NCBI GenBank assembly: GCA_002269645.1
Contig: NIVC01000544.1
Location: forward strand, 186,001-250,000
Direction of reading: 5' to 3'
DNA: 64,000 nt
Origin: Macrostomum lignano
Lineage: Eukaryota
The position numbers and the translations under genes are program-made. Position 1 is the stretch's first letter; every line of letters begins with the position of its first letter. The notes under the pieces were generated by a model. It was not told the DNA's origin. It worked only from the letters and a program-made list of their open reading frames with translations, and ran no database searches. Below are positions 1 to 12,243 of this stretch, piece after piece.

Positions 1-65
1 CAGTTAGTTAGTCAGTCAGTTAGTCAGTCAGTCAGTCAGTCAGTCAGTCAGTCAGTCAGTCAGTC

Positions 66-128
<63 letters not shown>

Positions 129-998
129 CAGTCAGTCAGTTAGTCAGTTAGTTAGTTAGTTAGTCAGTCAGTCAGTTAGTTTGTTAGTCAGTCAGTCAGT
201 TAGTCAGTTAGTTAGTTAGTTAGATAGTCAGTCAGTCAGTTAGTTTGTTAGTCAGTCAGTCAGTTAGTTAGTTAGTTAGTCAGTTAGATAGTTAGTCATT
301 CAGTCAGTCAGTTAGTTAGTTAGTTAGTTAGTCAGTCAGTCAGTTAGTTAGTTAGTTAGTCAGTCAGTTAGTTAGTTAGTTAGTCAGTTAGATAGTTAGT
401 CAGTCAGTTAGTTAGTTAGTTAGTCAGTCAGTCAGTTAGTTTGTTAGTCAGTCAGTCAGTTAGTCAGTTAGTTAGTTAGTTAGTTAGTCAGTCAGTCAGT
501 TAGTTTGTTAGTCAGTCAATCAGTCAGTCAGCCAGTCAGTCAGTCAGTCAGTCAGTCAGTCAGTCAGTCAGTCAGTCAGTCAGTTAGTTAGTCAGTCAGT
601 TAGTCAGTCAGTCAGTCAGTCAGTCAGTCAGTTAGTTAGTCAGTCAGTTAGTCAGTCAGTCAGTCAGTCAGTCAGTCAGTCAGTTAGTTAGTTAGTTAGT
701 TAGTTAGTCAGTCAGTCAGTTAGTTTGTTAGTCAGTCAGTCAGTTAGTCAGTTAGTTAGTTAGTTAGTTAGTCAGTCAGTCAGTTAGTTTGTTAGTCAGT
801 CAGTCAGTTAGTTTGTTAGTTAGTCAGTCAGTTAGTTAGTTAGTTAGTTAGTCAGTTAGATAGTTAGTCATTCAGTCAGTCAGTTAGTTAGTTAGTTAGT
901 TAGTCAGTCAGTCAGTTAGTTAGTTAGTTAGTCAGTCAGTTAGTTATTTAGTTAGTCAGTTAGATAGTTAGTCAGTCAGTTAGTTAGTTAGTCAGTTA
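1..998. repeat. (CAGT/TAGT)n tetranucleotide microsatellite, probably intronic
   Basis: Continuous mixed cagt/tagt units up to position ~998. Confidence 0.97.
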
Positions 999-1052
999 GT
1001 GTCACGCAAATTGAGAAACTCAAACGTACTACATGTAGATGCACATCTGCAG

Positions 1053-4000
1053 GTAAAACACGAATCCGGAGGCCGTGTGCTTATCTTCGACATGCTAGTA
1101 ATCAGCCGGGCGAACCTGGGCAGCACCGGCCTGTACACCTGCCAGTTTCGCGGCAAAATGCGAGCCCGATTCGTTGTTACCGTAGTTGCCGGAGGCGTGG
1201 AACCCTACCGAGAGTTCGAGCCCGGCTCTGGACGTAGTTTGCAGCCGAAACTGCTGTCTAAAGGCAACTTGGAGGTCTACACTCGATGGATGGATCAGAC
1301 TAGGTGTGAAAAATATCTTCATATCTAAATGTACCTAAGAATGAACGTGCTTTTGGTGGATGTCTCACTTCGCGACTCTATGCATATGGTTCTTTTAACA
1401 AGTATACTATCACAAAGACGTTACAAGAATTAGTAACTTCATCCTAAAAAATGAAATGGCACTGATCTATCAAATGAAATGGCACTGATCTATCAAATGA
1501 AATGGCACTGATCTATCAAATAAAATGGCACTGATCTATCAAATGAAATGGCACTGATCTATCAAATGAAATGGCACTAATATATCAAATGAAATGGCAC
1601 TGATCTATCAAATGAAATGGCACTAATATATCAATTGAAAAGGCACTGATCTATCAAATGAAATGGCACTGATCTATCAAATGAAATGGCACTAATATAT
1701 CAAATGAAATGGCACTGATCTATCAAATGAAATGGCACTGATCTATCAAATGAAATGGCACTAATATATCAAATGAAATGGCACTGATCTATCAAATGAA
1801 ATGGCACTAATATATCAAATGAAATGGCACTAATATATCAAATGAAAAGGCACTGATCTATCAAATGAAATGGCACTAATATATCAAATGAAATGGCACT
1901 GATCTATCAAATGAAATGGCACTAATATATCAAATGAAATGGCACTAATATATCAAATGAAATGGCACTAATATATCAAATGAAATGGCACTAATATATC
2001 AAATGAAATGGCACTAATATATCAAATGAAATGGCACTAATATATCAAATGAAATGGCACTAATATATCAAATGAAATGGGACTGATCTATCAAATGAAA
2101 TGGCACTGATCTATCAAATGAAATGGCACTGATCTATCAAATGAAATGGCACTGATCTATCAAATGAAATGGCACTGATCTATCAAATGAAATGGCACCA
2201 CATCAAATAAAAAGGCACCCCATCAAATGAAATGGCACCACATCAAATAAAAAGGCACCCCATCAAATGAAATGGCACCACATCAAATAAAAAGGCACCC
2301 AACTCAAATCAAACAGTCTAATAATGAATCCTGTAACCTGATTAATCGCAGGTCCTTGCTGCTTCAAATACCCAACAGTCCGATAGTCAACGGCACCGTT
2401 AGCGCTTATAACCTGAGCATCACCTGGGGCATTTGCTACGTGAAGCAGCTGGACGCTGACAGACCAGTGGTACCCGAGGGCAACCCCCTGCTCAAGCTGA
2501 TACCTCAGGGCCTGCCTTGCCGTTCGCACCTGCTGCCAGTCAGCGTCCGCTCGTTGCGCTCGGTGATCAAACGGCCGAGTGAGACGCGCAAGATTCGAAC
2601 TCACGTACGCGTGCACTTTAGCGAGTTCAGCTTTGGCCTGACGGAGACCAAGTACACCACAGTGTCGCCACCGCCTCTGTCAGTGGAGTCTAGCCTCATT
2701 AAAAGAAGCTTTATGATAGCTAAACAGGTATATTTTGCATAGTTTAAATTTGTTTTAATATTTTTCAACTCTATCGAAAGTCAAGGCCGCTGTAAACCCC
2801 TGGTTGTGAGCGTGTGCATGCGTACGTATGACGTCTGCGCGGTATCGGCCCTGGTTGCCTAGGTCTCTTGGTGGGCACCCCTGTCTCTTGGTGGGCGCCC
2901 CTGTCTTTTGGTGGGCGTCCCTGTCTCTTGGTGGGCGCCCCTGTCTCTTGGTGGGCGCCCCTGTCTCTTGGTGGCCGCCCCGGTCTCTTGGTGGGCGCCC
3001 CTGTCTCTTGGTGGCCGCCCCTGTCTCTTGGTGGGCGCCCCTGTCTCCTGGTGGATGCTACGCCAAAGAGTTGACAAAAGTCGAACTCCTGGCATTCGTT
3101 GAGCTTGCAGACTACCTTCTAATTTTATTTTACTCAATCAACTGAACCTTGCAGGGAGAATTTGTCAGCCTGCAGTGCCCGCTGACCCGAACTCTCAGAA
3201 CCCTGATCGCCTGGTTTACCCTGCCGAACGACACCGAACGATTGCGAATTGAAACGGCCGAGATTGTGGCCGGAATCATGGATCCATATAGTCTGCGCGA
3301 GAACAGCAGTGGGAGGGTAAGGCATGCATAATGATAGGCCAATATCAAAGTCATACGTACAAAGGCTGGACTCGGGATTTTCTTAGACAGTTAATGCTAA
3401 TTAACCGGCTTTTGGCTCTACATGGTGTATCGATCCGTTCAATAGAACAAAATATAACAGATCTTATAGTGTTGAATCAAGAGTAATAATAATATAATTG
3501 GTTATACCTGACCTAATAGCCAGATGCACAACCGGCAGCTCAGCCGCAGCTATTGCGCGGCGCATCTGAAGGCTGCGTACGGCTGTTCAGTCCAAGGACT
3601 GGGGGGTCGCCACACACACCTTCAATTACTGGGTGAACTGAAGCAATGCAGAGTGAAGTGTCTTGTTCAAGGAAACAAACTGTTCCGAGTGGGTCGAGAA
3701 TCGAAACCCCGACCTTTCAGGCGTGAGTCCGACGCTCTAACCACTCGGCTACAACCTTAATTGTCGCAGGCACTCATTTTGGCGCCCTTAAGCAAAATTG
3801 ATTTCCGTAACGGGTCACAATTAAGGTGGGGCGGGGGGGACAAAGCATTGAATTGGCAATGCCCCCCCCCCTGGTGGCGAAGCCACTGCGCATAATCCTT
3901 TAAACCAAAGCATCATCCGTCTAGTTTTAGCAGTGCGTTCCTATAAATGATCCATCATCATACGAGCCGTATAAACGCGAACCGCCCACCGCGTACGCAG

Positions 4001-4270
4001 GTCTTCACCGACCCGGGCGGCAATTTGAACATTGCCGACGTGAAAAAGACCCAAGATCAGCGGAAATACTACTGCCTGCACAAGGGCCGCGTGGTTGGCT
4101 ACGTTAATTTGATAATCCGCCACGCCAAAGAGGAGAGCCATATCATGTACATCACTTCGCTAGTGATGAACGTGCTGAGAGTGGCGTCGCCGCTGGTCAT
4201 AACGGCTAGTATTATTTTTCTCACTTTGGTCAGTGCTTCGAACATGTTCGAGCCGCAAGTGCCGTGGTAA
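1053..4270 (+). CDS. 3' part of an Ig-superfamily single-pass membrane protein (two Ig-like domains plus C-terminal TM; FAM187-like). 5' exons lie outside the window
   Basis: Exons 1053-1303, 2352-2727, 3155-3316 and 4001-4270 have GT-AG ends and matching phases (2,0,0). Ig motifs: STGLYTC, then GEFVSLQC...IAW...KYYC. Hydrophobic C-terminal segment. The GICY...LPCRS linker is reminiscent of FAM187 (from memory, unverified). Confidence 0.75.
1450..2300. repeat. 23-bp minisatellite (atcaaatgaaatggcactgatct) in an intron of the Ig gene
   Basis: About 35 tandem units. Confidence 0.95.
2862..3052. repeat. 20-bp minisatellite (ctgtctcttggtgggcgccc), intronic
   Basis: About 9 tandem units. Confidence 0.95.
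3484..3756 (-). mobile_element. tRNA-derived SINE (MetaSINE-like core)
   Basis: Reverse complement starts ggttgtagccgagtggttagagcg (A box) ...ggtttcgattc (B box), then ccttgaacaagacactt...cttcagttcaccca. Homologous copies at ~4480-4690 and 13388-13801; (att)n-like tail. Confidence 0.8.
3765..3888 (+). mobile_element. Right-end fragment of the hAT-like MITE family seen at 60304-63721
   Basis: gcaggcactcatttttggcgcc...gatttccgtaacgggtcacaa...ggacaaagcattg...ggtggcgaagccactg matches the right part of the large element. Confidence 0.65.
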
Positions 4271-4479
4271 ATTTTGGTCCAAATTAGCCAATTTCCTTTT
4301 ATACAACTCTTTTTTATTAGTCTTCCATAACTTGTAGTACATTAATGCAATGCACTAAACAGAATTGTCTAGGATAATGTATGTACACGTAATTATAAAG
4401 AACACAATGCCAAATGTCGTCTTTAAAACACGTTTTAAACTGAAAAATAAACGAACGGTAACTGTGTGAATAATAACAA

Positions 4480-4850
4480 TAAAAGTAATTATTGATTGCT
4501 CCTACTCTAATGAGCATGCAGATGTGCAACCGACAGCTCAGCAGCTATTGCGCGGTGCATTTGAAGGCTGCGTACGGCTGTTCAGTCCAAGGACTGTGTG
4601 GGGGGCCGGGGTCGCCACACACACCCTCAATTACCCCAGCTAATCGGCACCCAGCGGCACCCAGTAGAACTGAAGCAATGCAGAGTCAATACGGATCAAT
4701 ACATGTAGCTATTGTTTCGTATCCGTGTATTTCGATTTATGGTGGGGGGACAAAGCCAAATGATTCTACATGTACATGTACATGACTAAATTCATAGATG
4801 TGCATTATTTTGAGAATCGGTGTTGTTAGCACTCATTTTGGCGCCCTGAA
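4480..4850. mobile_element. SINE fragment (~4480-4690) followed by a left-part fragment of the hAT-like MITE (~4733-4850)
   Basis: cagctattgcgcggtgcatttgaaggctgcgtacggctgttcagtcc is shared with 3540-3600. atttatggtggggggac...acatgtacatgactaaattc...tcggtgttgttagcactcattttggcgcc is shared with 60320-60430. Confidence 0.7.
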
Positions 4851-4877
4851 CAACAAAAACAGAATACGTAGTTAGCA

Positions 4878-7335
4878 TCACAGGGCGCGCCTCAAGGCCA
4901 GGTCGGGTCGCGAACGAACGCCACGCCGCCGGCCGAATCCGGGGCGCCGGTGTTAGAGTTTAGGATCTCCGCGTTTTAGGGTCTCCGGCCCGGAGATCAC
5001 AAACTGAAAATTGTGTCATTGTAACTTTCAATAGGCTTTGCACATTTTGGAGATCAGCTTTGTACTCATATTTTATGGGTGGCGAGAAGCGCTGTAAACA
5101 TTTATATTGGGCAGATGATAAGAAAGGTTTGTGCTGTGTGATTTTCGTCGATTTCTGCATTTCAAAGCTTGATGGCTTCGCTCAATCAAATATTTTTCTA
5201 CGTCCTAAACAATGAATACACGCAGGTACCAGCCAGATTGGACGCCAAAGATAAGGCCAACTTAAAAAGACGTATTAGAGAAAAGAGCAAGCGTTTCTCC
5301 ATCCATGACGGAGCGCTTTACTACAGGGTGACTAATAAGGACGACAGTCAGCGAATGCGGCCTGAAAGACCATCGCAGAGTACTTTTCACAGAGGAAGAG
5401 GTACGGGATAAGATCCGCAGCCTTCACTCGCAAGGAAGTCACGTGGGTGTCAACAGCACAGTGAGCCTTTTTACTGCACGATACTATGCTGACATCCCCG
5501 TCACACCGATTGCCAAGGCAGTGGTCGAGTCTTGTGACAGGTGCGAGCTGGTCACACCGTGGGAGCAGCTGGGGTTCAGGATCTGAAGCGAGGGGACAGA
5601 GTTAGGCTTCGCAATCTTCGCAGGGACGATCGGAAGGGTGGTAAGATGCGATACACTTGGAGTCAGCAAGTCTACATCGTGACCAGGTGTCTTGGTCAAA
5701 ACGTGTACAGGCTAGGAGGACTAACCAGGTGTGTCAATGGGAAACACCTCAAGAGATGCTTCCTCCAAGCACCGGCTGAAAGTGCATCACCGGTTTTTCA
5801 CTAAGCGGACATTTACTTCATTACTTTAACAGTAAACAGTTTTCCATTTAAATACACAGTTGTGCGAGCATATACGTATAAAACTAATGCTACGTTGATG
5901 ATAAAAATGCCTTTCCACTTCTTATACATGTACGCGTTCAATACCATGACCATTGGTTTTACACAAATGGGGGGGAGATCGGAAACCGGAGATCCTAAAC
6001 CAGGACTTGTTTTTGCGGCCCTGACGGAGAGCTAAACTGGTTTAGAGTCTCCTGGGGGGAGATCAGAAACTGGTTTAAGATCTCCGGGTGCGGAGACCTG
6101 AAAATGCCCCGGAGACCCTTAAACGGTTTCAGATCTCCTACCCCGGAGACCCATAACCATTAGAAGTCTCCAGGGGAGATCCTAAACGGTTTAGGGTCTC
6201 CGGGCGGAGATCCTAAACCGTTTAGGGTCTCCGCCCCGGACACCCTAAACTGACCGGACCCCCGGAGATCCTAAACCATAACACCGGCGTCAGCCAGCAG
6301 GCAGTCGACGAAACGCCGAGTGCGCGCCTGCCCCCGCCGGTAGCGTGCCTGCAGCATGAGCAGCAGCACCTCCTGCACCGGCTCTGGGCAGTACGGCTCA
6401 GCGCGGATGATGTGGCCTGCCAGCTGGAGTCGCCGACGGCGCAACAGGTCGCTTGGACGGACCAGGCTGGCGCGGCGATACAAAGCCGCGTTGGTCACGC
6501 GCTCGTAGCCGATCTTGAAGGCGGCGCGCAGCAGGCCAGCGTGCGCCACGTCAACTTGCTGCTCGAGCGACTCCGTCAGCGTCCAGGTCTCGGCGTTGTA
6601 CAGCAGGACGGTCTCGATCACCGCCTGGAACAACGCCGCCCTCTGGCGGTCAGGTAAGGCCTCGGACTGCAGGACTGCCCTCACAGGACGAAAGGCAGCC
6701 CAGGCAAGCCCGCGGCGACGCCGCAAATCCTCGCGGACGCAGGGAACCAGACCGCCGAGGTAGACGAACTGCTGACAACGCGGAAGCTCTGTCGTCTGTC
6801 CATCAGCGCCTCGGCACCAAATCGCAGCCTCGATGTCGTCCGGCACGTAGAGCACGACGGTCTTCTGCGTGTTGACCACCAGGCCGAGACTCGCCGCAAC
6901 AGCAACTAGCTTGTCCAGTTGTCGCTTTGGCGCCCTTGACAATTGAGGACAACGGGGCGAGATCGTCGTCGTAGCCAAGCACGCTGAGCCGCCTCTCCGG
7001 TTGACGTCGACCCTCGCGTCGCCGCAACAGAAAGCCATCGTCGTTGGTAGGAAGAGCGGTCCGCAGCGCCGAGTCAAGCACCAGAACGAACAAGAACGGC
7101 GCAAGCGTATCTCCCAGAAGCACCCCGGAGGATGTCTCAAAGAAGTCCGATAGGCCGTCCGGTGTTGAAACAGCAGCTTTCGTATCACGGTACATCGCCA
7201 TGATGGCGGAAATCAGCTGCTCTGGCACGCTGTACGCACGGAGCACCTTTGGAAGCACAGACCTGACGACCGAGTCGAAATTAATGCTTTCTTGCAATCT
7301 ATGAAGATAACAATCAGGATCGACTGGCGGCCTGA
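4878..7335 (-). mobile_element. 5'-truncated, frameshifted non-LTR retrotransposon (RTE-like clade) RT and C-terminal region, interrupted by a Ginger insertion
   Basis: Motifs FIDCKKA..FDSV, GVLLGDTLAPFLFVLVLD, LGYDDDLA, GLVVNTQKT, FVYLGG, LLYNAETWTLT and RRLQLAGH. The reading frame LLADAG resumes as APDSAGG...TWP* on the far side of the insertion (4950 down to ~4885). Confidence 0.9.
4951..6283 (+). mobile_element. Non-autonomous Ginger (GIN1-type integrase) DNA transposon with the DDE core deleted
   Basis: Ends tgttagagtttaggatctccg / cggagatcctaaaccataaca; 4-bp TSD ccgg (4947-4950 and 6284-6287). HHCC motif HSQGSH...CDRC then PWEQLG. C-terminal GDRVRLRN..RRDDRKGGKM...VNGKHLK. Subterminal ggagatcc repeats. 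Confidence 0.85.
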
Positions 7336-8473
7336 AGTAAAACTATTTATTACTACGAGGGGTCACAAGGTGGGGGGTAGCTAACTCAAATGCGACATAA
7401 TCAATTCTAGTTTAGCGGCAACAAGACAAATAAGCCGCGAAATGTCATGCAATTGAGAGTTTAAAAAAAGCCCAAGTAAACTACATCTAGTCAGTCATTT
7501 TAAGTAGCAGACTCGCTCGTTGCTGTCCCCATGCAGCGGATATTCTGGCTGGTTCGGCAACAGCATATCTATATTGTTGTGTTGGAGCTGTCGCACTTGG
7601 TTTGGCCTTTTAAGTAGTGGTTGGGTCACCATCATAGACCCGAAAAATCTCGACACCGGAAAAGTTTTAGCACCGCAAAAACCAAAGTAGTTTGGAGTTA
7701 CGATAGGTCGGGTTTTCGATGCTAGATCCCCTGAATTTTATGCACTTGAGATCGAGGGCTATGTACTCGTATGTTGAAATGGAGTTGGATTTTGTGCTAT
7801 TCGACCGGAAAAAATCTATATAACAGGCATATATACTCAAAGATCATCTGAAGTAAGTCAGTGATAACGTACACACATATAGTAACAACGTACATGGTCT
7901 AGGCACTCTGCACTATAACCTTTATAACTTCCTAAGGTTGATCAGCTACTACGGCATCACGTCTGCGTGAGAAGCCTGCTGCATATTCTCTCTGTCTGTC
8001 CAGTTTTAATTAAACATTCATCGCTTTGTAAGACAGTAAATGTTGGCTTGAGTTTAGCTTGGCAAAGCGAATGCTTAATGTCTCATACGTTTTATGTAGC
8101 CATACGCTACATGTAGTGTAGGTAGAACTAGAGAGACATGTTAAATATAGTGTAGTGCCATATACGAGTATAAAAGTCTGTCTGAAGTGGCACATAGCGA
8201 GTGAGTTGAGCTTTCGTCGCCTATAGTCGGTTTATATAAAGTCAGCACACTTGGAACAAGAGTTTTGCTTGCTGATTACACTGTGTAATACTTTCGCTCA
8301 GCTTCGTTGAATTCAACTCGCGTCTAAAAGATAAAGAAACCTCCGAGCTAGATTATTATTAAAGCAGCAGTCCGTAGGCTCTGTTATAACCAATTCGTTC
8401 GGAGCAGCGTATTCAAGTGAAGTCATTGCCAGTTCTGCGACTGTCTTAACAAAACACACGATCACAAGCGACA

Positions 8474-8989
8474 ATGCCGCAAGAATTAGACAACAACGCT
8501 AAGTTAAACTCGCTAAACACTACCGTAGGCTTCTGCCTACCGCAGCAGCGGAGGACAACAAGTTTAGAGACGAAACAGCAGCAATTGTTCGATCATCGTC
8601 GAATAGTGTTTCTCTGCGATTCTGGAGCAACTTATAGGCCAGACAATCGAACCATGAGACCCCGGCAATCAGGATCTGACGAAAATTTGCACTGGTCTGA
8701 CGCCGCGGCCGAAATGCCTGTAGCAACCACGTCGCCAAGAATGCTAGTACAGCAAGCCCTGACTGCGGCTAGCCTAGCACTTGAAGCTTCTTCAAGAAAG
8801 ACGCGAAAACAGCGGGAGCAGCAGCAAAGAGCTAAGCCAAGCAATGCCAAGAACGACAACAACCAACAGAAGACTGTATCCTTTCACCCGTCTGTACAAG
8901 TTGGATTAAGCTACGCAGCTGAAAGGGCGGCGGCAAGAAAGGCCGCAGCTCGAAACCTGCTGCCACCAATTCCAGTGAGAAAAGTCTAG
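8474..8989 (+). CDS. Intronless 171-aa ORF of unknown function
   Basis: ATG-to-stop ORF in non-repetitive, relatively GC-rich sequence. No family recognised; contains KTVSF. Confidence 0.4.
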   Translation: MPQELDNNAKLNSLNTTVGFCLPQQRRTTSLETKQQQLFDHRRIVFLCDSGATYRPDNRTMRPRQSGSDENLHWSDAAAEMPVATTSPRMLVQQALTAASLALEASSRKTRKQREQQQRAKPSNAKNDNNQQKTVSFHPSVQVGLSYAAERAAARKAAARNLLPPIPVRKV

Positions 8990-9023
8990 CAAGAACTGAT
9001 GTAAAAATATGCTCATGACCGAC

Positions 9024-9465
9024 CACAGATACTAGAATAGATGGGCCACTCAGCACAGTTGCGTGTAAGCTACCTGGTACTTTCAGTTCAGTAGTAAGTT
9101 AAACGGAAGCATTTTAATGTATTTTTAAAGCCAAAGCTCTTACCCCCTAGTTCAAACCCTCCAACCGCGCCTTTCCGCCCCGCATCGCCCCCCCCCCAAT
9201 CCAATTTTTATTGCCGTTCTCGGAATTCTAGCCTAAAGCTGCCATGTACATTTCAGTGGACTGGCCAATGTACATTATTGCTGAACCAATTAGCAAGCTG
9301 TTTACGCCTGCAAGCTTGGACTTCCTACTTATCAAAGTCATTTCAGCTGCCTTTATTCCTATAAAATAGATTACGCATTCGTCTTTGCTACTGAACTGAA
9401 AGTACAAAGCTATTTTGCTAAGTATATATGTCTGAGTGGCCCATCTAGTTATTTTAGTATCTGTG
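9024..9465. mobile_element. MITE with CACAG termini and 8-bp TSD (P-element-like or hAT-like)
   Basis: TIRs cacagatacta...tagatgggccactcag / ctgagtggcccatcta...tagtatctgtg; direct repeat tgaccgac at 9016-9023 and 9466-9473; second copy at 31163-31792. Confidence 0.8.
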
Positions 9466-9939
9466 TGACCGACTTGTGCACTGTTCTGCTACTTGTGTAA
9501 AATCTTAAAGACGGCAAAACTTCACAATAATTTGATACGCATGTCACCGCCAACTGCTTCAGACAAGCTGGTCTGTTCAAAACGTACACAAGTTTTTATT
9601 TATTTCTGCAATACAAACTATATATTGTATGCTATGATATGCAAGCATAAATATAATGAACCATATTACAAGAAAGGCATGATGTTTGCGATTTAGTTAT
9701 GACATCGGTTGGGAGTCAACAAATTGTTAATACGCTCTTGTTTCAAATAATTTACAATTGATTCAATCTAATTGTTGTTAAACTATTATAGTTCTAAAAA
9801 AGACATGTACATTGTAGGTACAGCGCACTGGAAAAATAAGCGTATGGATAATATGAGAATTTAGGTTAGGGCTTTGAATTCTATTTTATCCGCAGTCCAA
9901 TGACTGGCGGTGAAATACTGGTAGAGAGAATCTCACTTT

Positions 9940-12140
9940 TCCAGGATGTCTACCTGGGAATCTGACTCTCCCAACCTGACTACATGTACCTGAGAATCTG
10001 ACTCTCCCAGTATGACTACCTGAGAATCTAACTCTCCCAACCTGACTACCTGAGAATCTGACTCTCCCAACCTGACTACCTGAGAATCTGACTCTCCCAG
10101 TCCCAGGATGACTACCTGAGAATCTGACTCTCCCAACCTGACTACCTGAGAATCTGACTCTCCCAACCTGACTACCTGAGAATCTGACTCTCCCAGTCCC
10201 AGGATGACTACCTGAGAATCTGACTCTCCCAACCTGACTACATGTACCTGAGAATCTGACTCTCCCAGGATGACTACCTGAGAATCTGACTCTCCCAACC
10301 TGACTACCTGAGAATCTGACTCTCCCAACCTGACTACCTGAGAATCTGACTCTCCCAGTCCCAGGATGACTACCTGAGAATCTGACTCTCCCAACCTGAC
10401 TACCTGAGAATCTGACTCTCCCAGTCCCAGGATGACTACCTGAGAATCTGACTCTCCCAGGATGACTACCTGAGAATCTGACTCTCCCAACCTGACTACC
10501 TGAGAATCTGACTCTCCCAGTCCCAGGATGACTACCTGAGAATCTGACTCTCCCAACCTGACTACATGTACCTGAGAATCTGACTCTCCCAGGATGACTA
10601 CCTGAGAATCTGACTCTCCCAACCTGACTACCTGAGAATCTGACTCTCCCAACCTGACTACCTGAGAATCTGACTCTCCCAGTCCCAGGATGACTACCTG
10701 AGAATCTGACTCTCCCAACCTGACTACATGAGAATCTGACTCTCCCAACCTGACTACCTGAGAATCTGACTCTTCCAGGATGACTACCTGAGAATCTGAC
10801 TCTCCCAGGATGACTACCTGAGAATCTGACTCTCCCAGGATGACTACCTGAGAATCTGACACTCCCAACCTAACTACCTGAGAATCTGACTCTCCCAACC
10901 TGACTACCTGAGAATCTGACTCTCCCAGGATGACTACATGAGAATCTGACTCTCCCAACCTGACTACATGTACCTGAGAATCTGACTCTCTCAGGATGAC
11001 TACCTGAGAATCTGACTCTCCCAACCTGACTACCTGAGAATCTGACTCTCCCAACCTGACTACCTGAGAATCTGACTCTCCCAGTCCCAGGATGACTACC
11101 TGAGAATCTGACTCTCCCAACCTGACTACATGTACCTGAGAATCTGACTCTCCCAGGATGACTACCTGAGAATCTGACTCTCCCAGGATGACTACCTGAG
11201 AATCTGACTCTCCCAGGATGACTACCTGAGAATCTGACTCTCCCAGGATGACTACCTGAGAATCTGACTCTCCCAGGATGACTACCTGAGAATCTGACTC
11301 TCCCAGGATGACTACCTGAGAATCTGACTCTCCCAACCTGACTACCTGAGAATCTGACTCTCCCAACCTGACTACCTGAGAATCTGACTCTCCCAGGATG
11401 ACTACCTGAGAATCTGACTCTCCCAACCTGACTACATGTACATGAGAATCTGACTCTCTCAGGATGACTACCTGAGAATCTGACTCTCCCAGGATGACTA
11501 CCTGAGAATCTGACTCTCCCAACCTGACTACATGTACCTGAGAATCTGACTCTCTCAGGATGACTACCTGAGAATCTGACTCTCCCAGGATGACTACCTG
11601 AGAATCTGACTCTCCCAACCTGACTACCTGAGAATCTGACTCTCCCAACCTGACTACCTGAGAATCTGACTCTCCCAACCTGACTACCTGAGAATCTGAC
11701 TCTCCCAACCTGACTACCTGAGAATCTGACTCTCCCAGGATGACTACCTGAGAATCTGACTCTCCCAGGATGACTACCTGAGAATCTGACTCTCCCAGGA
11801 TGACTACCTGAGAATCTGACTCTCCCAGGATGACTACTTGAGAATCTGACTCTCCTAGGATGACTAACTGAGAATCTGACTCCCTCAGGATGTCTACCTG
11901 AGAATCTGACTCCTTCAGGATGTCTACCTGAGAATCTGACTCTCCCAACCTGACTACCTGAGAATCTGACTCTCCCAGGATGACTACCTGCTGAGAATCT
12001 GACTCTCCCAGAATGACTACCTGCTGAGAATCTGACTCTCCCAGAATGACTACCTGCTGAGAATCTGACTCTCCCAGGATGACTAACTGAGAATCTGACT
12101 CTCCCAGGATGACTAACTGAGAATCTGACTCTCCCAAGCC
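9940..12140. repeat. 30-bp minisatellite (ctgagaatctgactctcccaggatgactac) with +3 and +6 variants
   Basis: About 70 tandem units; source of the 759-aa GESDSQVVIL ORF. Confidence 0.95.
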
Positions 12141-12243
12141 AAGATGACTAACTAAAAACCAAAAGTTAGAAATTAAAACCCTGCAGAAAAAGGAGAATTC
12201 ATAGACTAACAACTACAAATTACGCTGCTATTAAAAAAGCTCT

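Noticed and set aside
3700-3756. tRNA-like sequence with A and B boxes (also at 13536-13560)
   Set aside because: It continues into a dispersed SINE body and lacks a convincing complete cloverleaf, so it is a SINE head rather than a tRNA gene.
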